Shown here piece after piece: positions 44,615 through 54,090 of a stretch of 64,000 bases of DNA. The notes beneath the pieces were generated by a model. That model saw only the letters and a list, made by a program, of their open reading frames with translations. It ran no database searches and was not told the origin of the DNA. Source of the stretch: Vulcanimicrobiota bacterium. Its GTDB lineage: Bacteria; Vulcanimicrobiota; Vulcanimicrobiia; Vulcanimicrobiales; Vulcanimicrobiaceae. The stretch spans positions 2,669,702 to 2,733,701 of the forward strand of contig OY969579.1 in NCBI GenBank assembly GCA_963701255.1, read 5' to 3'. Every line of letters starts with the position of its first letter. Positions within the stretch are counted from its first letter, which is position 1. A program made the translations under genes and the position numbers.

Positions 44615-46611
44615 TGAAGACGACCCGGTACTTTCCCGAGTTCGGGCTGTGGCGCGATCCAGCCCTGCTGCGCGCGCTGGTGACGCCGGCGACGCTGCTC
44701 AGCGCCCGCTACGAACCGGTCTTGCGCGATCTGATCGGATACGGTTCCCTCGATTTGACGTTCGGCGCCGGCGAGGCCCTGTGCACGGTCGCAAACGTGT
44801 TGATCGATCCGGTGCCGCTCTCGGTGCGCACCTCCCAATCGCTGGTGTGGCCGGCGTTCGTCGTCGCCATCATCGAGGAAGACATCCTCGAGGCGATCGA
44901 GGCGACGGTCTTGCCGTGGCTGCGCATGCTCGCACGCGGCCGCGCGCTTGCGAGCGAGGAGATTCGCCACTACGGCGACCCGGCGCCGTTCGAGCACGCG
45001 CGCGCGCTCGGACTCTTCGGAGCGGCACCGTTCGCCCACAGCCTGCCGCGGCTGGCTCCGCTGGTCTACGCGGCGCGCTTCGCCGCGGGCGCGCGTGTCT
45101 ACATCGCCGCGCACGACACGGCGACGGCCGTCGCGGTGATCCGTCCGCACGCTGCCGCGATCGCTGAACGGCCGCAAACGGGCGCCGACGCGGCGTTCGC
45201 GCGGCGCTGGTTCGCGCTGCCGGAGCCCGCCGGCGACGCCGGGCCGTACGATCTGGTCATCGCCGAGCAGGCGGAGGATGTTCTCCCGGGTGCACGCACC
45301 ACGATCGTGCTGCACGGCGGCGAGTCGCTGCCGGGCGCGCGCACGGTCCTGGTCCCCGAGCCGGTTCCGCTCGACGTGCTCTTCACTTTTGATGCGGCCG
45401 ATGCGCCGGCCGTCGCGTCGTTCGCGGTCATCGCACATCCGCTAGCGGCCGTGCGTCCCCGGCGCGTCGTGGACGCGCCGGTAGCGGGCGGCGGTTCGGC
45501 CGGTTCGATCGTCTTTGCGTTGCGCGACGACGCGCGCTTCGCACCCGACGCGGACACCGATGCGATCGACGCCTTCGCCGAATGGCTGCGTGCCGAAGGT
45601 CTCCGGGTCGCAGTCGCGGCCGGGCCGGCGGATCCGGCGCTCGCGGGCGCCGATCTCGTACACATCTTCGGCGCGTTCGGCGACCCTCACGTGCGAGCAT
45701 ACGCGGATTCGGCGGCGGCCGCCGCCGTGCCGTTCGTGCTTTCGTGCGAACCGTTCTCGGAGCTGACGATCTGGATGGAAGACACGCTGCCGACCGCGAT
45801 TCGGGCACCGCTCGACGACCTGGGACTCGACTACTACTTGAGCAAATTCGAGCAGCGGGCGCTGATCATCGACGGTCTGGTCCCCGAGGCATCGCCCGAA
45901 CAGCTCGCCGCGATCGACCAGCGCTTTCTCCCCGCGGCAGTTGCTGCCGCCGGGATCATCGTCTCGAGCAACACCGATCGCGCGCGCGTTCGCGAACGGT
46001 TTCCCGCGTTGCCCGAGGCGGCGTTCACCGTCGCTGCGCTGCCGGCCGGGGCCGAGCCGGCCGAGGACGATATCGCGGCGATCGTTCCCGATCGCCCGTT
46101 CGTGCTCGTCCATGCGCCGATCATCCGGCGCAGCAACCTGTTGTTCGCGCTCTGGCCGCTGGCGCGCGCGGGGATCTTCACGGTCATCGCGGGCGAGGTC
46201 GTCGACGTCAACCTGCTCACGCAATTGCGCCGCATCGGCGGCGAGTCCACGCTCATCCTAACCGATCCCGCCCCCGGCGTCGTCGCCGCGCTCTACCGGC
46301 GCGCGGCCGTGTGGCTCGACGCGAGCGCGCGTCCGGCCGGCACGGCACGGCTGATGCGCGCCGCGCAGTGCGGCGCGCTGCCGGTCGTCGCCCGCACGTC
46401 GCCGTTGGCCGAGCTGACCGCACACGATGCGCCCGTCTTCGAGTTCCCGCTCTTCGACTCGCTCGCCGGCGCCGTGCGCAGCGCGTTCGCGTGTTCCGAT
46501 GCGCCGGCCCGCGCGCGACGGATCGCCGAACGCCAGGCAGCGGCGTACGAACCCGGCGCGGCGTTTCGCGCCGTGGTCGCGCTGTATGCGGGTGTGGGAG
46601 CGCGTGCCTGA
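44614..46611 (+). CDS. hypothetical protein with GT-B-like C-terminal half (copy 2, 665 aa)
   Basis: Met45 of track ORF 44482, 1-nt overlap (TAATG). It is a collinear but more diverged paralog of 39932..41923 (shared blocks FTFDAADAP, FAPDADTD, ADLVHIFGA, PFVLVHAP..RRSNLL). Confidence 0.65.
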   Translation: MKTTRYFPEFGLWRDPALLRALVTPATLLSARYEPVLRDLIGYGSLDLTFGAGEALCTVANVLIDPVPLSVRTSQSLVWPAFVVAIIEEDILEAIEATVLPWLRMLARGRALASEEIRHYGDPAPFEHARALGLFGAAPFAHSLPRLAPLVYAARFAAGARVYIAAHDTATAVAVIRPHAAAIAERPQTGADAAFARRWFALPEPAGDAGPYDLVIAEQAEDVLPGARTTIVLHGGESLPGARTVLVPEPVPLDVLFTFDAADAPAVASFAVIAHPLAAVRPRRVVDAPVAGGGSAGSIVFALRDDARFAPDADTDAIDAFAEWLRAEGLRVAVAAGPADPALAGADLVHIFGAFGDPHVRAYADSAAAAAVPFVLSCEPFSELTIWMEDTLPTAIRAPLDDLGLDYYLSKFEQRALIIDGLVPEASPEQLAAIDQRFLPAAVAAAGIIVSSNTDRARVRERFPALPEAAFTVAALPAGAEPAEDDIAAIVPDRPFVLVHAPIIRRSNLLFALWPLARAGIFTVIAGEVVDVNLLTQLRRIGGESTLILTDPAPGVVAALYRRAAVWLDASARPAGTARLMRAAQCGALPVVARTSPLAELTAHDAPVFEFPLFDSLAGAVRSAFACSDAPARARRIAERQAAAYEPGAAFRAVVALYAGVGARA

Positions 46612-46613
46612 TC

Positions 46614-47369
46614 GTGGCTCTGCAAACACTCACCCTGATCGTGATCGTCGGTCCGTCCGCGGACGGGTTGCGCGTGACCCTGGACGGGATCGCGGCGACG
46701 GTCACGCAGGTTCCGTATCAAGTACTCGTGGCCGGCAACGGGACGGCCCTCGACCAGTCGGTGTTGGCGGGCCTGCCTTTCACGGCGACGATCGTGCAAA
46801 GTCCGGCGCAGGTTGCGCCGGGGGCCTTCCTCAACGCCGTATTGGCGCATGCGAAGGGCGACGTCGTCAGCTTCTTGCCGGCCGGCGTTCGGCCCGAGCC
46901 CTGGTGGACGGTGGGGGTCTTCGAGTTGCTCGAACGTGCGGACGTCGGTGCGGTCGCGCCGCGCATCGTCGATGAATCGGGCGAGCAAATCGTCGGCACC
47001 GGGATCGTCGCGTTTGACGGCGTGCTCGTTCCGCGGCTGGCCGGATTGGCGCGCGATGCGATGGGAGCGCTCGAGCCGAGCGCGCTCTTTTTCGCGCCGT
47101 CGACGGGGTTATCGGTCAAGCGCGAAGCGTTCGACCGGATCGGCGTCTTCGACGCAGGCTTCGAGCGGACGCTCTTCGATCTCGACTGGACGTTGCGGGC
47201 GCGCACGAGCGCGCTGGCGATCGTCTACCGGCCGGACGTGACGATGCGCAGCGACCGGCCGATCGGCATCGGACCCGCCGCGCACACGACCGCGGACGCG
47301 CGGCGCTTTCTCGACCGTTGGCAAGCGGCCTTCGGCACGGCACTCGATGCGCAGCGGTTCGTGCCGTGA
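46614..47369 (+). CDS. GT2-like protein with degenerate DxD region (251 aa)
   Basis: GTG 46614 (residue 345 of track ORF 45582), 2 nt after the upstream stop. It has a GT-A-like layout (LIVIVGPS..., GDVVSFLPAGV where LDxD is expected, GLSVKREAFDRIGVFD). Confidence 0.6.
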   Translation: MALQTLTLIVIVGPSADGLRVTLDGIAATVTQVPYQVLVAGNGTALDQSVLAGLPFTATIVQSPAQVAPGAFLNAVLAHAKGDVVSFLPAGVRPEPWWTVGVFELLERADVGAVAPRIVDESGEQIVGTGIVAFDGVLVPRLAGLARDAMGALEPSALFFAPSTGLSVKREAFDRIGVFDAGFERTLFDLDWTLRARTSALAIVYRPDVTMRSDRPIGIGPAAHTTADARRFLDRWQAAFGTALDAQRFVP

Positions 47370-48514
47370 AGATCGCCGTCTTCGACGATTTCGTCCCGCA
47401 CCTGGATCTGGGCGCAGGCTTGCCGCGCGCGAACGCGCTGGTCAACGAACTCGCGCAGCGCTGCGAACGCGTCGCGTACTTTGCGATGCATGGACCGGCC
47501 GGTGAAACGACGCCCGAGCAGTGGTACCGGGATATCGACCGGCGCGTCGAGATTTCGATCCCGCCGCTGCCCTACGATTGGACGCCGACCTTCGAGGGCT
47601 TGCGGGCCGGCGGCTTCGACGTGCTCTGGATCAGCCGTCCACCGAATATGCGCACGCTGCTCGCGAGCCTGATCGCGCGGCCCGATCTGCGCGCGGCGTT
47701 CACGATCGTCTACGATGCCGAAGCCCTCTACGCTCCGCGCAGCGTTCAACTACGCCGGCTCGAAGGCCGGCCCGTGCCGCCGGAGATCGAACGCGGCTGG
47801 CTCGAAGAAGAGTTCTTCCTGGCGCGCCAGGCGGATCTGGTCGTTTCGGTGAGTCCCGGTGAGGCGCACGCGCTGCGTGAGGGGACCCAGCGCGAGGCCT
47901 TCGTGCTGGGCTTCACCTCGCTCCCCGATCCGACACCCGCGAGCTTCGCCCAGCGCCGTGACTTCGGCTTCGTCGGTCCGCTGCGCCGGGTGTCGCCGAA
48001 CGAAGATTCGCTCCTGTGGTACGGCGCGAACGTGCTGCACGAGGTTGCCGCGCGCACGCAAGCGCGGCTGCGCGTCGCCGGTGCGCTCGATTCGCGCTTG
48101 TTTGCGATCTACGCGGGTCCGCAGGTCGAGCTGCTGGGAAAACTCGACGATCTGCGGCCGTTCTTCAACGCGATGCGCGTGTTCATCGCGCCGACGCGTT
48201 TCGCCGCCGGCTTGCCGCAAAAGCTCATCGACGCGGCGAGCGCCGGCGTGCCGATCGTCGCGACCTCGTTGCTTGCCGAGGAACTCGGCTGGACGCACCG
48301 CACCGAACTGCTCGTGGCCGACGATGCCGCCGCGTTCGCGGACGCGTGCGTGGCACTCTACACGGACGCGGACCTCTGGCAGCAGCTCCGCGAGACGGCC
48401 TGCCGCCGGATCGCGCAAGCCTACGGAACGGGTTGCTTCGCGCGGGAACTCGACGTGGTCCTGGGCGCGCTCATGGCTCGTCCGCCGCGCTGTACGGAAC
48501 CGGCTCGAACGTAA
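47366..48514 (+). CDS. GT4-family (GT-B) glycosyltransferase
   Basis: GTG 47366 in GTGA overlap. The C-terminal FVGPL...N.DSLLW......VELLGK.DDLRPFF...RVFIAPTRFAAGLPQKLIDAASAGVPIVAT is the GT1/GT4 donor-binding motif. Confidence 0.8.
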   Translation: MKIAVFDDFVPHLDLGAGLPRANALVNELAQRCERVAYFAMHGPAGETTPEQWYRDIDRRVEISIPPLPYDWTPTFEGLRAGGFDVLWISRPPNMRTLLASLIARPDLRAAFTIVYDAEALYAPRSVQLRRLEGRPVPPEIERGWLEEEFFLARQADLVVSVSPGEAHALREGTQREAFVLGFTSLPDPTPASFAQRRDFGFVGPLRRVSPNEDSLLWYGANVLHEVAARTQARLRVAGALDSRLFAIYAGPQVELLGKLDDLRPFFNAMRVFIAPTRFAAGLPQKLIDAASAGVPIVATSLLAEELGWTHRTELLVADDAAAFADACVALYTDADLWQQLRETACRRIAQAYGTGCFARELDVVLGALMARPPRCTEPART

Positions 48515-50960
48515 CCGCCGGCACGGGAAACCAGAGCGGCGTCGCGCTTCCGCCGGCTTGGTGTTGCGCGAACCGTTCGCGCCAATAGACGCGCGATTTC
48601 TCGACCCAGGGCTGACCCTCGATCGGATGCGTTCGATAGAGCAGTTCCAAGGTCCCCAGCGTCTCGTCGCCGCGCGCGGAGCTGTACTGGGTCTTGTCGG
48701 CCCGTCGATACGTTTGCACGATCGTCGGCCGGTTCACATAGATAAGCTCGCCCTGCTGCATGAAACGCATTGCGAGTTCGTAGTCGGCCATCGCGCCGAG
48801 CGCCTCGTTCCAATTGCCCGTCGCGGCCAGGTCGGCGCGCCGGATCAGCATCGCCGGCGTCGCGACCGCGTTCATCGAGTACATCGAACCGACTTCGGCC
48901 GGCCGGTCGTTCTCCAGACTGTAACCCATGATGTCGTAGCCACCTTTTCCGTCGGCGAGCAGGTCTACCGCGAGCATCCCGCCGTGCGCGAAGACGGCTC
49001 CCGTGCGCTCGAGCGCGCCGACGCAACTGCCGATGTGCTCGGGCAGGTAGGCGTCGTCGTCGGCCAGGTAGGCGATGTATTCTCCGCGCGCATCGCGCGT
49101 GCCGAGATTCAGCCCTGGATTGACGCCGAGATTCTCTTCCGAGTTCAGCACGCGTGCGCCCGGGACGGCCTCGACGATGTCATCGACCAGCACCCCTCCG
49201 TTGCGTACGACGATGATCTCGATGTTGCGATAGCGCTGGGCCGCGACCGACTCGAGCGCCCGTCGCAAGAAATTGCGCCGGTTGCGTGTCAACAGCACGA
49301 CCGACACGAGCGGTCCGTCGAGCGCGATCTCGTCGAGGTAGGCGCTCATGCGATGCGCGAGCGCAGCGGGGCCGATGCGCCGCGGAGAGAGCGGCCCCAG
49401 CGTGTACTTCTCGACGCCGACGGCGGCGGCGACCGAGAGATGATCCCACGGATCGTAGACGCCGATGCGGTCGAGCCACTCGTCGGCCCCGCTCGTCGAT
49501 GCGACGACCAACGGTATTCCCAAGCGCGCGAGCGCGAGCGCGGCGGCGGGCGATTCGGGATCACCATCGACGCACAGCAGCGCGCGGCCGAGCGCCTCGG
49601 CGGCCCCGGAGAGCTGCACGACGCTGACGTTTGCGCCGGGAAGGGTGCCGCCGGCGCAGACGACGATGACCGGGCGCCGTTCGTAGTGCAAACCCATCAG
49701 CACGACGGTGAGATCGTCGAGTTGCAGGTCCGGCGCCCAAACGACGATTGCGTCGCGATGCTGCGCCGCAACGATCGTCGCCGGGACGCGCTCGTCCCGC
49801 GGCGGATCGATCGTCACCGCCGGCAGCAGAAAACCCAGCGCCACCTGGACGCGCTCGATCTCGCGTAGCGATCGTACGCGCAAGCACGCGCGCTCCTTGA
49901 CCGCCTGCGCGACCGTCTGACGGTCCATCGTCGCCGCCGGCGCGAGTTGCGCGCAGCCGCCCGTGATCCGATCGAACGGTTCGCGGCGCAGATCGTACGA
50001 CGCGGCGAGATTCCAGGCCGTGCGGCCGAGTTGCCGCGCCGTCGCCGCCCGCCCATCGAGCGGAACGATGAACGGAACGGCGCCGGCGGCCGGTTCGCGG
50101 GGGCGTGCCGGGGCGTCGTTCCAGCCGGCCTCGATCGCGGCCCGCAGCGATCCCAGATTGACGGGATCGAAGGCGCGCAAACCGTCCAGCTCTTCGAGCG
50201 CGCCGTTGGTGAACGCAACCGCAACCGCATGGCCGCGGGCGGCAAACGTAACGGCGGGGCCGCCGTCATACGCGTCGACGACGATGACCAGCCGCGCGCG
50301 AGCCAAGAGGTCGGATGCCCCGGCGAGCGGCGCGAACGTGACACCCAAACCGTCGAGCTGCCCGGCGCGGCAGATGACTGCCGCCGGCCGCTTCGCGAGT
50401 ACCAGGGCGACGGTTTCGAGCGCCAGCGACCGCGCGTCGAGGTGCGGCGCCCAGACCACCACGAGGTCGCGCGTGGTCCCCGCCGCTGCGGGCGGAATCC
50501 AACTCGCCGGGCCGCCGAGCACACTCACGCGCTGATACGAGATCGCGGGCAGCAGTTCGCGCAGGCGGCGCAGTTCCCCGAAGGAGCGTAGCAGCAGCGC
50601 GTCCGAGGCCAACAGGAAATCGCGCAGCACGCGCAGCTCGGAACCGCGCTGCAGCTCCGGCGTGGCGCTAATGATCTCCGGTCGCAGCGATTCGGCGGCG
50701 AGTGCGTCGAGCGCCGCGATCTGCTCGTCGAGCGTGCCGCTTGCGAAGACGCCGAGCGCGCGGCGGCGGACGTAGTCCGCGCGCAGATCGGCGAGCATCG
50801 GGGAACCGAAAAATGTCCCACCGGCCAGGCGCTCGTCGGCGGCCGCGCGCAATGCGCCGGCGAAATTGCCCTCGTCGGCGACGATGGCGCCGGCACCGGG
50901 CGGGAGCGACGCCGACCAGAGGCGAGCACGCTCGCCGAAGACACGTATTCCGGTAGGCAT
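48471..50960 (-). CDS. large multidomain glycosyltransferase (829 aa): two repeated Rossmann-like modules plus a C-terminal GT2 domain
   Basis: The GT-A core is VSVVLLTRNRRNFLRRALESV..QRY.NIEIIVV.NGG...YIAYLADDD. There is an internal repeat (LVVVWAPHLDARSL.. vs AIVVWAPDLQLDDL..). The opposite + ORF 47859..49868 is Arg/Asp-rich shadow. Confidence 0.8.
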   Translation of the reverse strand: MPTGIRVFGERARLWSASLPPGAGAIVADEGNFAGALRAAADERLAGGTFFGSPMLADLRADYVRRRALGVFASGTLDEQIAALDALAAESLRPEIISATPELQRGSELRVLRDFLLASDALLLRSFGELRRLRELLPAISYQRVSVLGGPASWIPPAAAGTTRDLVVVWAPHLDARSLALETVALVLAKRPAAVICRAGQLDGLGVTFAPLAGASDLLARARLVIVVDAYDGGPAVTFAARGHAVAVAFTNGALEELDGLRAFDPVNLGSLRAAIEAGWNDAPARPREPAAGAVPFIVPLDGRAATARQLGRTAWNLAASYDLRREPFDRITGGCAQLAPAATMDRQTVAQAVKERACLRVRSLREIERVQVALGFLLPAVTIDPPRDERVPATIVAAQHRDAIVVWAPDLQLDDLTVVLMGLHYERRPVIVVCAGGTLPGANVSVVQLSGAAEALGRALLCVDGDPESPAAALALARLGIPLVVASTSGADEWLDRIGVYDPWDHLSVAAAVGVEKYTLGPLSPRRIGPAALAHRMSAYLDEIALDGPLVSVVLLTRNRRNFLRRALESVAAQRYRNIEIIVVRNGGVLVDDIVEAVPGARVLNSEENLGVNPGLNLGTRDARGEYIAYLADDDAYLPEHIGSCVGALERTGAVFAHGGMLAVDLLADGKGGYDIMGYSLENDRPAEVGSMYSMNAVATPAMLIRRADLAATGNWNEALGAMADYELAMRFMQQGELIYVNRPTIVQTYRRADKTQYSSARGDETLGTLELLYRTHPIEGQPWVEKSRVYWRERFAQHQAGGSATPLWFPVPAVTFEPVPYSAADEP

Positions 50961-51020
50961 GGGTCGGAGATACGCAGCCGCCGATACGGCCCCCCTGCAA
51001 GCAGGCGCTTCAATTAAGGT

Positions 51021-51617
51021 TTGTTACCACAGCGGTCGAATCTGATTGATGTGGATGCCATCGACAGCTATCTCGACGAGGTCACGGCTGCAATACGCGC
51101 GATCTCGCGTTCCGACGTGCGCGCCGTGGTCGACGCGCTCGAAGCGGTCTGGGCAGCCGGTGCGACCACCTATGTGATCGGCAACGGCGGCAGCGCCTCG
51201 ACGGCCTCCCACATGATGAACGATCTCTCCAAATTCACGATCGTGACGGGGAAGCGCCGGTTCCGGGCCGTTGCCCTGACCGATAACGTGCCGCTGCTGA
51301 CCGCGGTCGGCAACGATCTCGACTACGCCGAAATTTTCGTCGAGCCGTTGCGCAATCTCGGCCGGCGCGGGGACGCGCTCATCGCGATCTCCGGCTCGGG
51401 CAACTCTCCCAACGTCGTGCGTGCCGTCGAGTACGCGCGCGCGACGGGGATGACGACGATCGGCCTGTGCGGTTCGCCCGGTGGCAAACTCGCGGCGCTG
51501 GCCGACTTGCGCATCATCGTCCCCGCCGACCGCATCGGGCAACAAGAAGACGGACACCTCATCCTCAATCACGCGATCGCGACGGCGTTGCGCGAACGCA
51601 TCGATCGCGCAGCCTAG
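51021..51617 (+). CDS. gmhA: SIS-domain sedoheptulose-7-phosphate isomerase GmhA-like
   Basis: GNGGSASTASHMMNDL, AISGSGNSPNV and GLCGSPGGKL are GmhA/SIS motifs. The TTG start at 51021 is uncertain. Confidence 0.8.
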   Translation: MLPQRSNLIDVDAIDSYLDEVTAAIRAISRSDVRAVVDALEAVWAAGATTYVIGNGGSASTASHMMNDLSKFTIVTGKRRFRAVALTDNVPLLTAVGNDLDYAEIFVEPLRNLGRRGDALIAISGSGNSPNVVRAVEYARATGMTTIGLCGSPGGKLAALADLRIIVPADRIGQQEDGHLILNHAIATALRERIDRAA

Positions 51618-51618
51618 A

Positions 51619-52626
51619 ATGAAGCGCGCGGTCGTCACGGGTGCCGCCGGTTTCATCGGGAGCCATCTGGTCGACCGCTTGATCGGTGCGGGCGTCGAGG
51701 TCGACGCGATCGATAACCTCTCGACCGGACGGCGGGCGAACCTCGCGCAGCATGCCGGGAATCCGGCGCTGCGCTTCCACGAAGCCGATATCAACGACGG
51801 CGCTGCCCTCGCGACGATCTTTCCCGGCGCCGAGGCGATCTTTCATCTTGCCGGCCTGGCCGACATCGTGCCCTCGATCGAACGGCCCGCCGACTACTAC
51901 CAGGCGAACGTCACGGGAACGTTCACGGTCATGCAGGCCGCGCGTGCGGCGAACGTCCCACGGGTCGTCTACGCGGCGTCCTCGTCGTGCTACGGGATCC
52001 CCGACCGCTTTCCGACGCCGGAGACGGCCGAGGTGCGGCCGCAGTACCCATATGCGCTCACCAAGTACCTGGGCGAGTGCATCGTGATGCACTGGGGTGC
52101 GGTCTACGGGATCGCGACCTCGGCGCTGCGGCTCTTCAACGTCTACGGGCCGCGTTCGCGCACGTCCGGAACGTACGGCGCGGTGTTCGGTGTGTTTTTG
52201 GCGCAGAAACTCGCGCACAAGCCTTATACGGTCGTCGGTGACGGGACGCAGACGCGCGACTTCACCTACGTGACCAACGTCGCGGACGCGTTCGTGCAGA
52301 CGGCTCGAGCACCGCTGGGCGGCGAGATCATGAACGTCGGATCGGGCAACACCTACAGCATCAACCGGCTCGTCGAATTGCTCGGCGGCGAGGTCACCTA
52401 CATCCCGAAACGTCCGGGCGAGCCCGACAAGACGTTCGCCGACGTGGCGAAGATCGAACGGCTGCTGGGCTGGCGCGCGCGCGTCCCGTTCGAACGAGGC
52501 GTCGCGACGATGCTCGAGCACATCGATGCCTGGCGTGACGCGCCGGTCTGGGAGCCGGGCTCGATCGCTCGCGCCACCAGCGATTGGTTCACCTATCTCG
52601 GGCGCGAAGCGGAGGTCAAACGATGA
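51619..52626 (+). CDS. NAD-dependent epimerase/dehydratase (extended SDR)
   Basis: Met47 of track ORF 51481. Has VTGAAGFIGSHL, a YxxxK (YALTKY) and the length typical of UDP-sugar 4-epimerases or NDP-sugar 4,6-dehydratases. Confidence 0.85.
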   Translation: MKRAVVTGAAGFIGSHLVDRLIGAGVEVDAIDNLSTGRRANLAQHAGNPALRFHEADINDGAALATIFPGAEAIFHLAGLADIVPSIERPADYYQANVTGTFTVMQAARAANVPRVVYAASSSCYGIPDRFPTPETAEVRPQYPYALTKYLGECIVMHWGAVYGIATSALRLFNVYGPRSRTSGTYGAVFGVFLAQKLAHKPYTVVGDGTQTRDFTYVTNVADAFVQTARAPLGGEIMNVGSGNTYSINRLVELLGGEVTYIPKRPGEPDKTFADVAKIERLLGWRARVPFERGVATMLEHIDAWRDAPVWEPGSIARATSDWFTYLGREAEVKR

Positions 52627-53630
52627 GCACGGTATTCGTCCCGGGCGGCGCGGGCTATGTCGGCGCGGTCCTGGTGCCCAAACTCCTGGCCCGCGGCCAC
52701 CACGTGCGCGTGCTCGATACGTATGCCTACGGGCACGAGCCGCTCGCGCCGTTCGCGGGGGCCGCAAACCTCACTCAGATCGAGGGCGACATGCGCGATC
52801 TGGATCTGGTCCGGCGCAGCCTGGCGGGCTGCGATGCCGTGGTGCACCTGGCATGCATCTCCAACGACCCGTCGTTCGAGCTGGATCCTGCGCTTGGAAA
52901 ATCCGTCAACTACGATTGTTTCGCGCCGCTGGTCACGGCGGCCAAGCGCGCCGGCGTGCGGCGCTTCATCTATGCTTCCTCGAGCAGCGTCTACGGTCTG
53001 AGCCCCGCGGCCGACGTGCGTGAAGACCATCCGCTCATGCCGTTGACGGACTACAGCAAGTACAAGGCGCTGTGCGAGCCGATCGTGCTGGCCGAGCAGA
53101 GCGCGGATTTCACCGCCGTCGTCATCCGTCCGGCGACGGTGTGCGGGTACTCGCCGCGCATGCGCTTCGATCTGAGCGTCAACATCCTGACCAACCACGC
53201 CGTCAACCGGCGCAAGATCCTCGTGTTTGGCGGCGTGCAGACGCGGCCCAACATCCACATCGAAGACATCACCGACCTGTACACCGATCTGCTCGACGAG
53301 CGCGACGAGTTGATCGCCGGCGAGATCTTCAACGCCGGCTTCCAGAATCGCTCGATCGCGGATTTGGCGGAGATCGTCCGCTCGGTCGTGACGCACGAAT
53401 TCCCGGGCGGCGCACCGATCGCGATCGAGACGCAGCCGACCGACGACCTGCGCTCCTATCACGTCAACTCCGAGAAGATCGACCGGGTCCTCGGATTCCG
53501 GCCGCGTCACACGATCGAAGACGCCGTGCGCGATCTGTGCCGCTCGTTCCGCGCCGGCCGCTTCCCGAACAGTCTCGAAGACCGGCGCTACTTCAACGTC
53601 AAGTTGATGAAGGAGACGGCACTCGCGTAA
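52623..53630 (+). CDS. NAD-dependent epimerase/dehydratase (second extended SDR)
   Basis: Met14 of the track ORF, ATGA overlap. Has VPGGAGYVGAVL and a YSKYK catalytic YxxxK. Confidence 0.85.
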   Translation: MSTVFVPGGAGYVGAVLVPKLLARGHHVRVLDTYAYGHEPLAPFAGAANLTQIEGDMRDLDLVRRSLAGCDAVVHLACISNDPSFELDPALGKSVNYDCFAPLVTAAKRAGVRRFIYASSSSVYGLSPAADVREDHPLMPLTDYSKYKALCEPIVLAEQSADFTAVVIRPATVCGYSPRMRFDLSVNILTNHAVNRRKILVFGGVQTRPNIHIEDITDLYTDLLDERDELIAGEIFNAGFQNRSIADLAEIVRSVVTHEFPGGAPIAIETQPTDDLRSYHVNSEKIDRVLGFRPRHTIEDAVRDLCRSFRAGRFPNSLEDRRYFNVKLMKETALA

Positions 53631-54090
53631 GCGCCTGCACGAACGGGTCGTCCGCGGGGAGCGGGTTCCCGTCCTTCTCGATGCGGCCGCCGAGCGGAGC
53701 GTGCTCGAGCGCGAACGCGATCGCAATCGTATCCTCGAAGCGCGGAAGGTCCGCCGCGCTGCGCAGGACGGTCTCTTCGAGCGCGGCGTGCAGCGTGCAC
53801 CCCGCTGCGAGGACGCGCTCGTAGACGGCCAGCCGCTGCTCGCGTTTCTCGGGCAGCATGAACATGCTGAAGAAGATGATCCCCCCGAGCTTGGGGAGTT
53901 CGTCGAGCAGCGTCGCCAGGATCATGTACGAACCGCGCATGGCGTACTCAGTGAGGCTGAGCTTGAACGCGAGACCGTTGCGCTGCGCGTAGGTCCGCAC
54001 GACAAGGTTCTGCACGCGTTGCGGATACAACGTCCCGCGCACCGGCCGGCTCGCGATGTAGCCGCGAAAGCCGTCCCGTTCTTCAGACAT
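53599..54090 (-). CDS. small conserved carbohydrate-cluster protein (possibly the LIC12192-type 'sporadic carbohydrate cluster' family)
   Basis: 163 aa. FRGYIASRPVRG...PQRVQNLVVRTYAQRNG is recalled as that TIGRFAMs-type family. It pairs with the adjacent 2OG oxygenase; not search-verified. Confidence 0.4.
   Translation of the reverse strand: MSEERDGFRGYIASRPVRGTLYPQRVQNLVVRTYAQRNGLAFKLSLTEYAMRGSYMILATLLDELPKLGGIIFFSMFMLPEKREQRLAVYERVLAAGCTLHAALEETVLRSAADLPRFEDTIAIAFALEHAPLGGRIEKDGNPLPADDPFVQALTRVPSPSST

Larger units (their letters stand above)
37354..46611 (+). repeat. tandem duplication of a two-gene glycosyltransferase module (37354-41923 and 41966-46611)
   Basis: Protein-level collinearity of both gene pairs in the same order and orientation, separated by a 42-bp spacer. 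Confidence 0.85.

Noticed and set aside
47859-49868. 669-aa + strand ORF
   Set aside because: It is antisense to the 829-aa GT (48471..50960), which has a clear GT2 core. The first part of the + ORF is just the out-of-frame 3' part of the GT4 gene.
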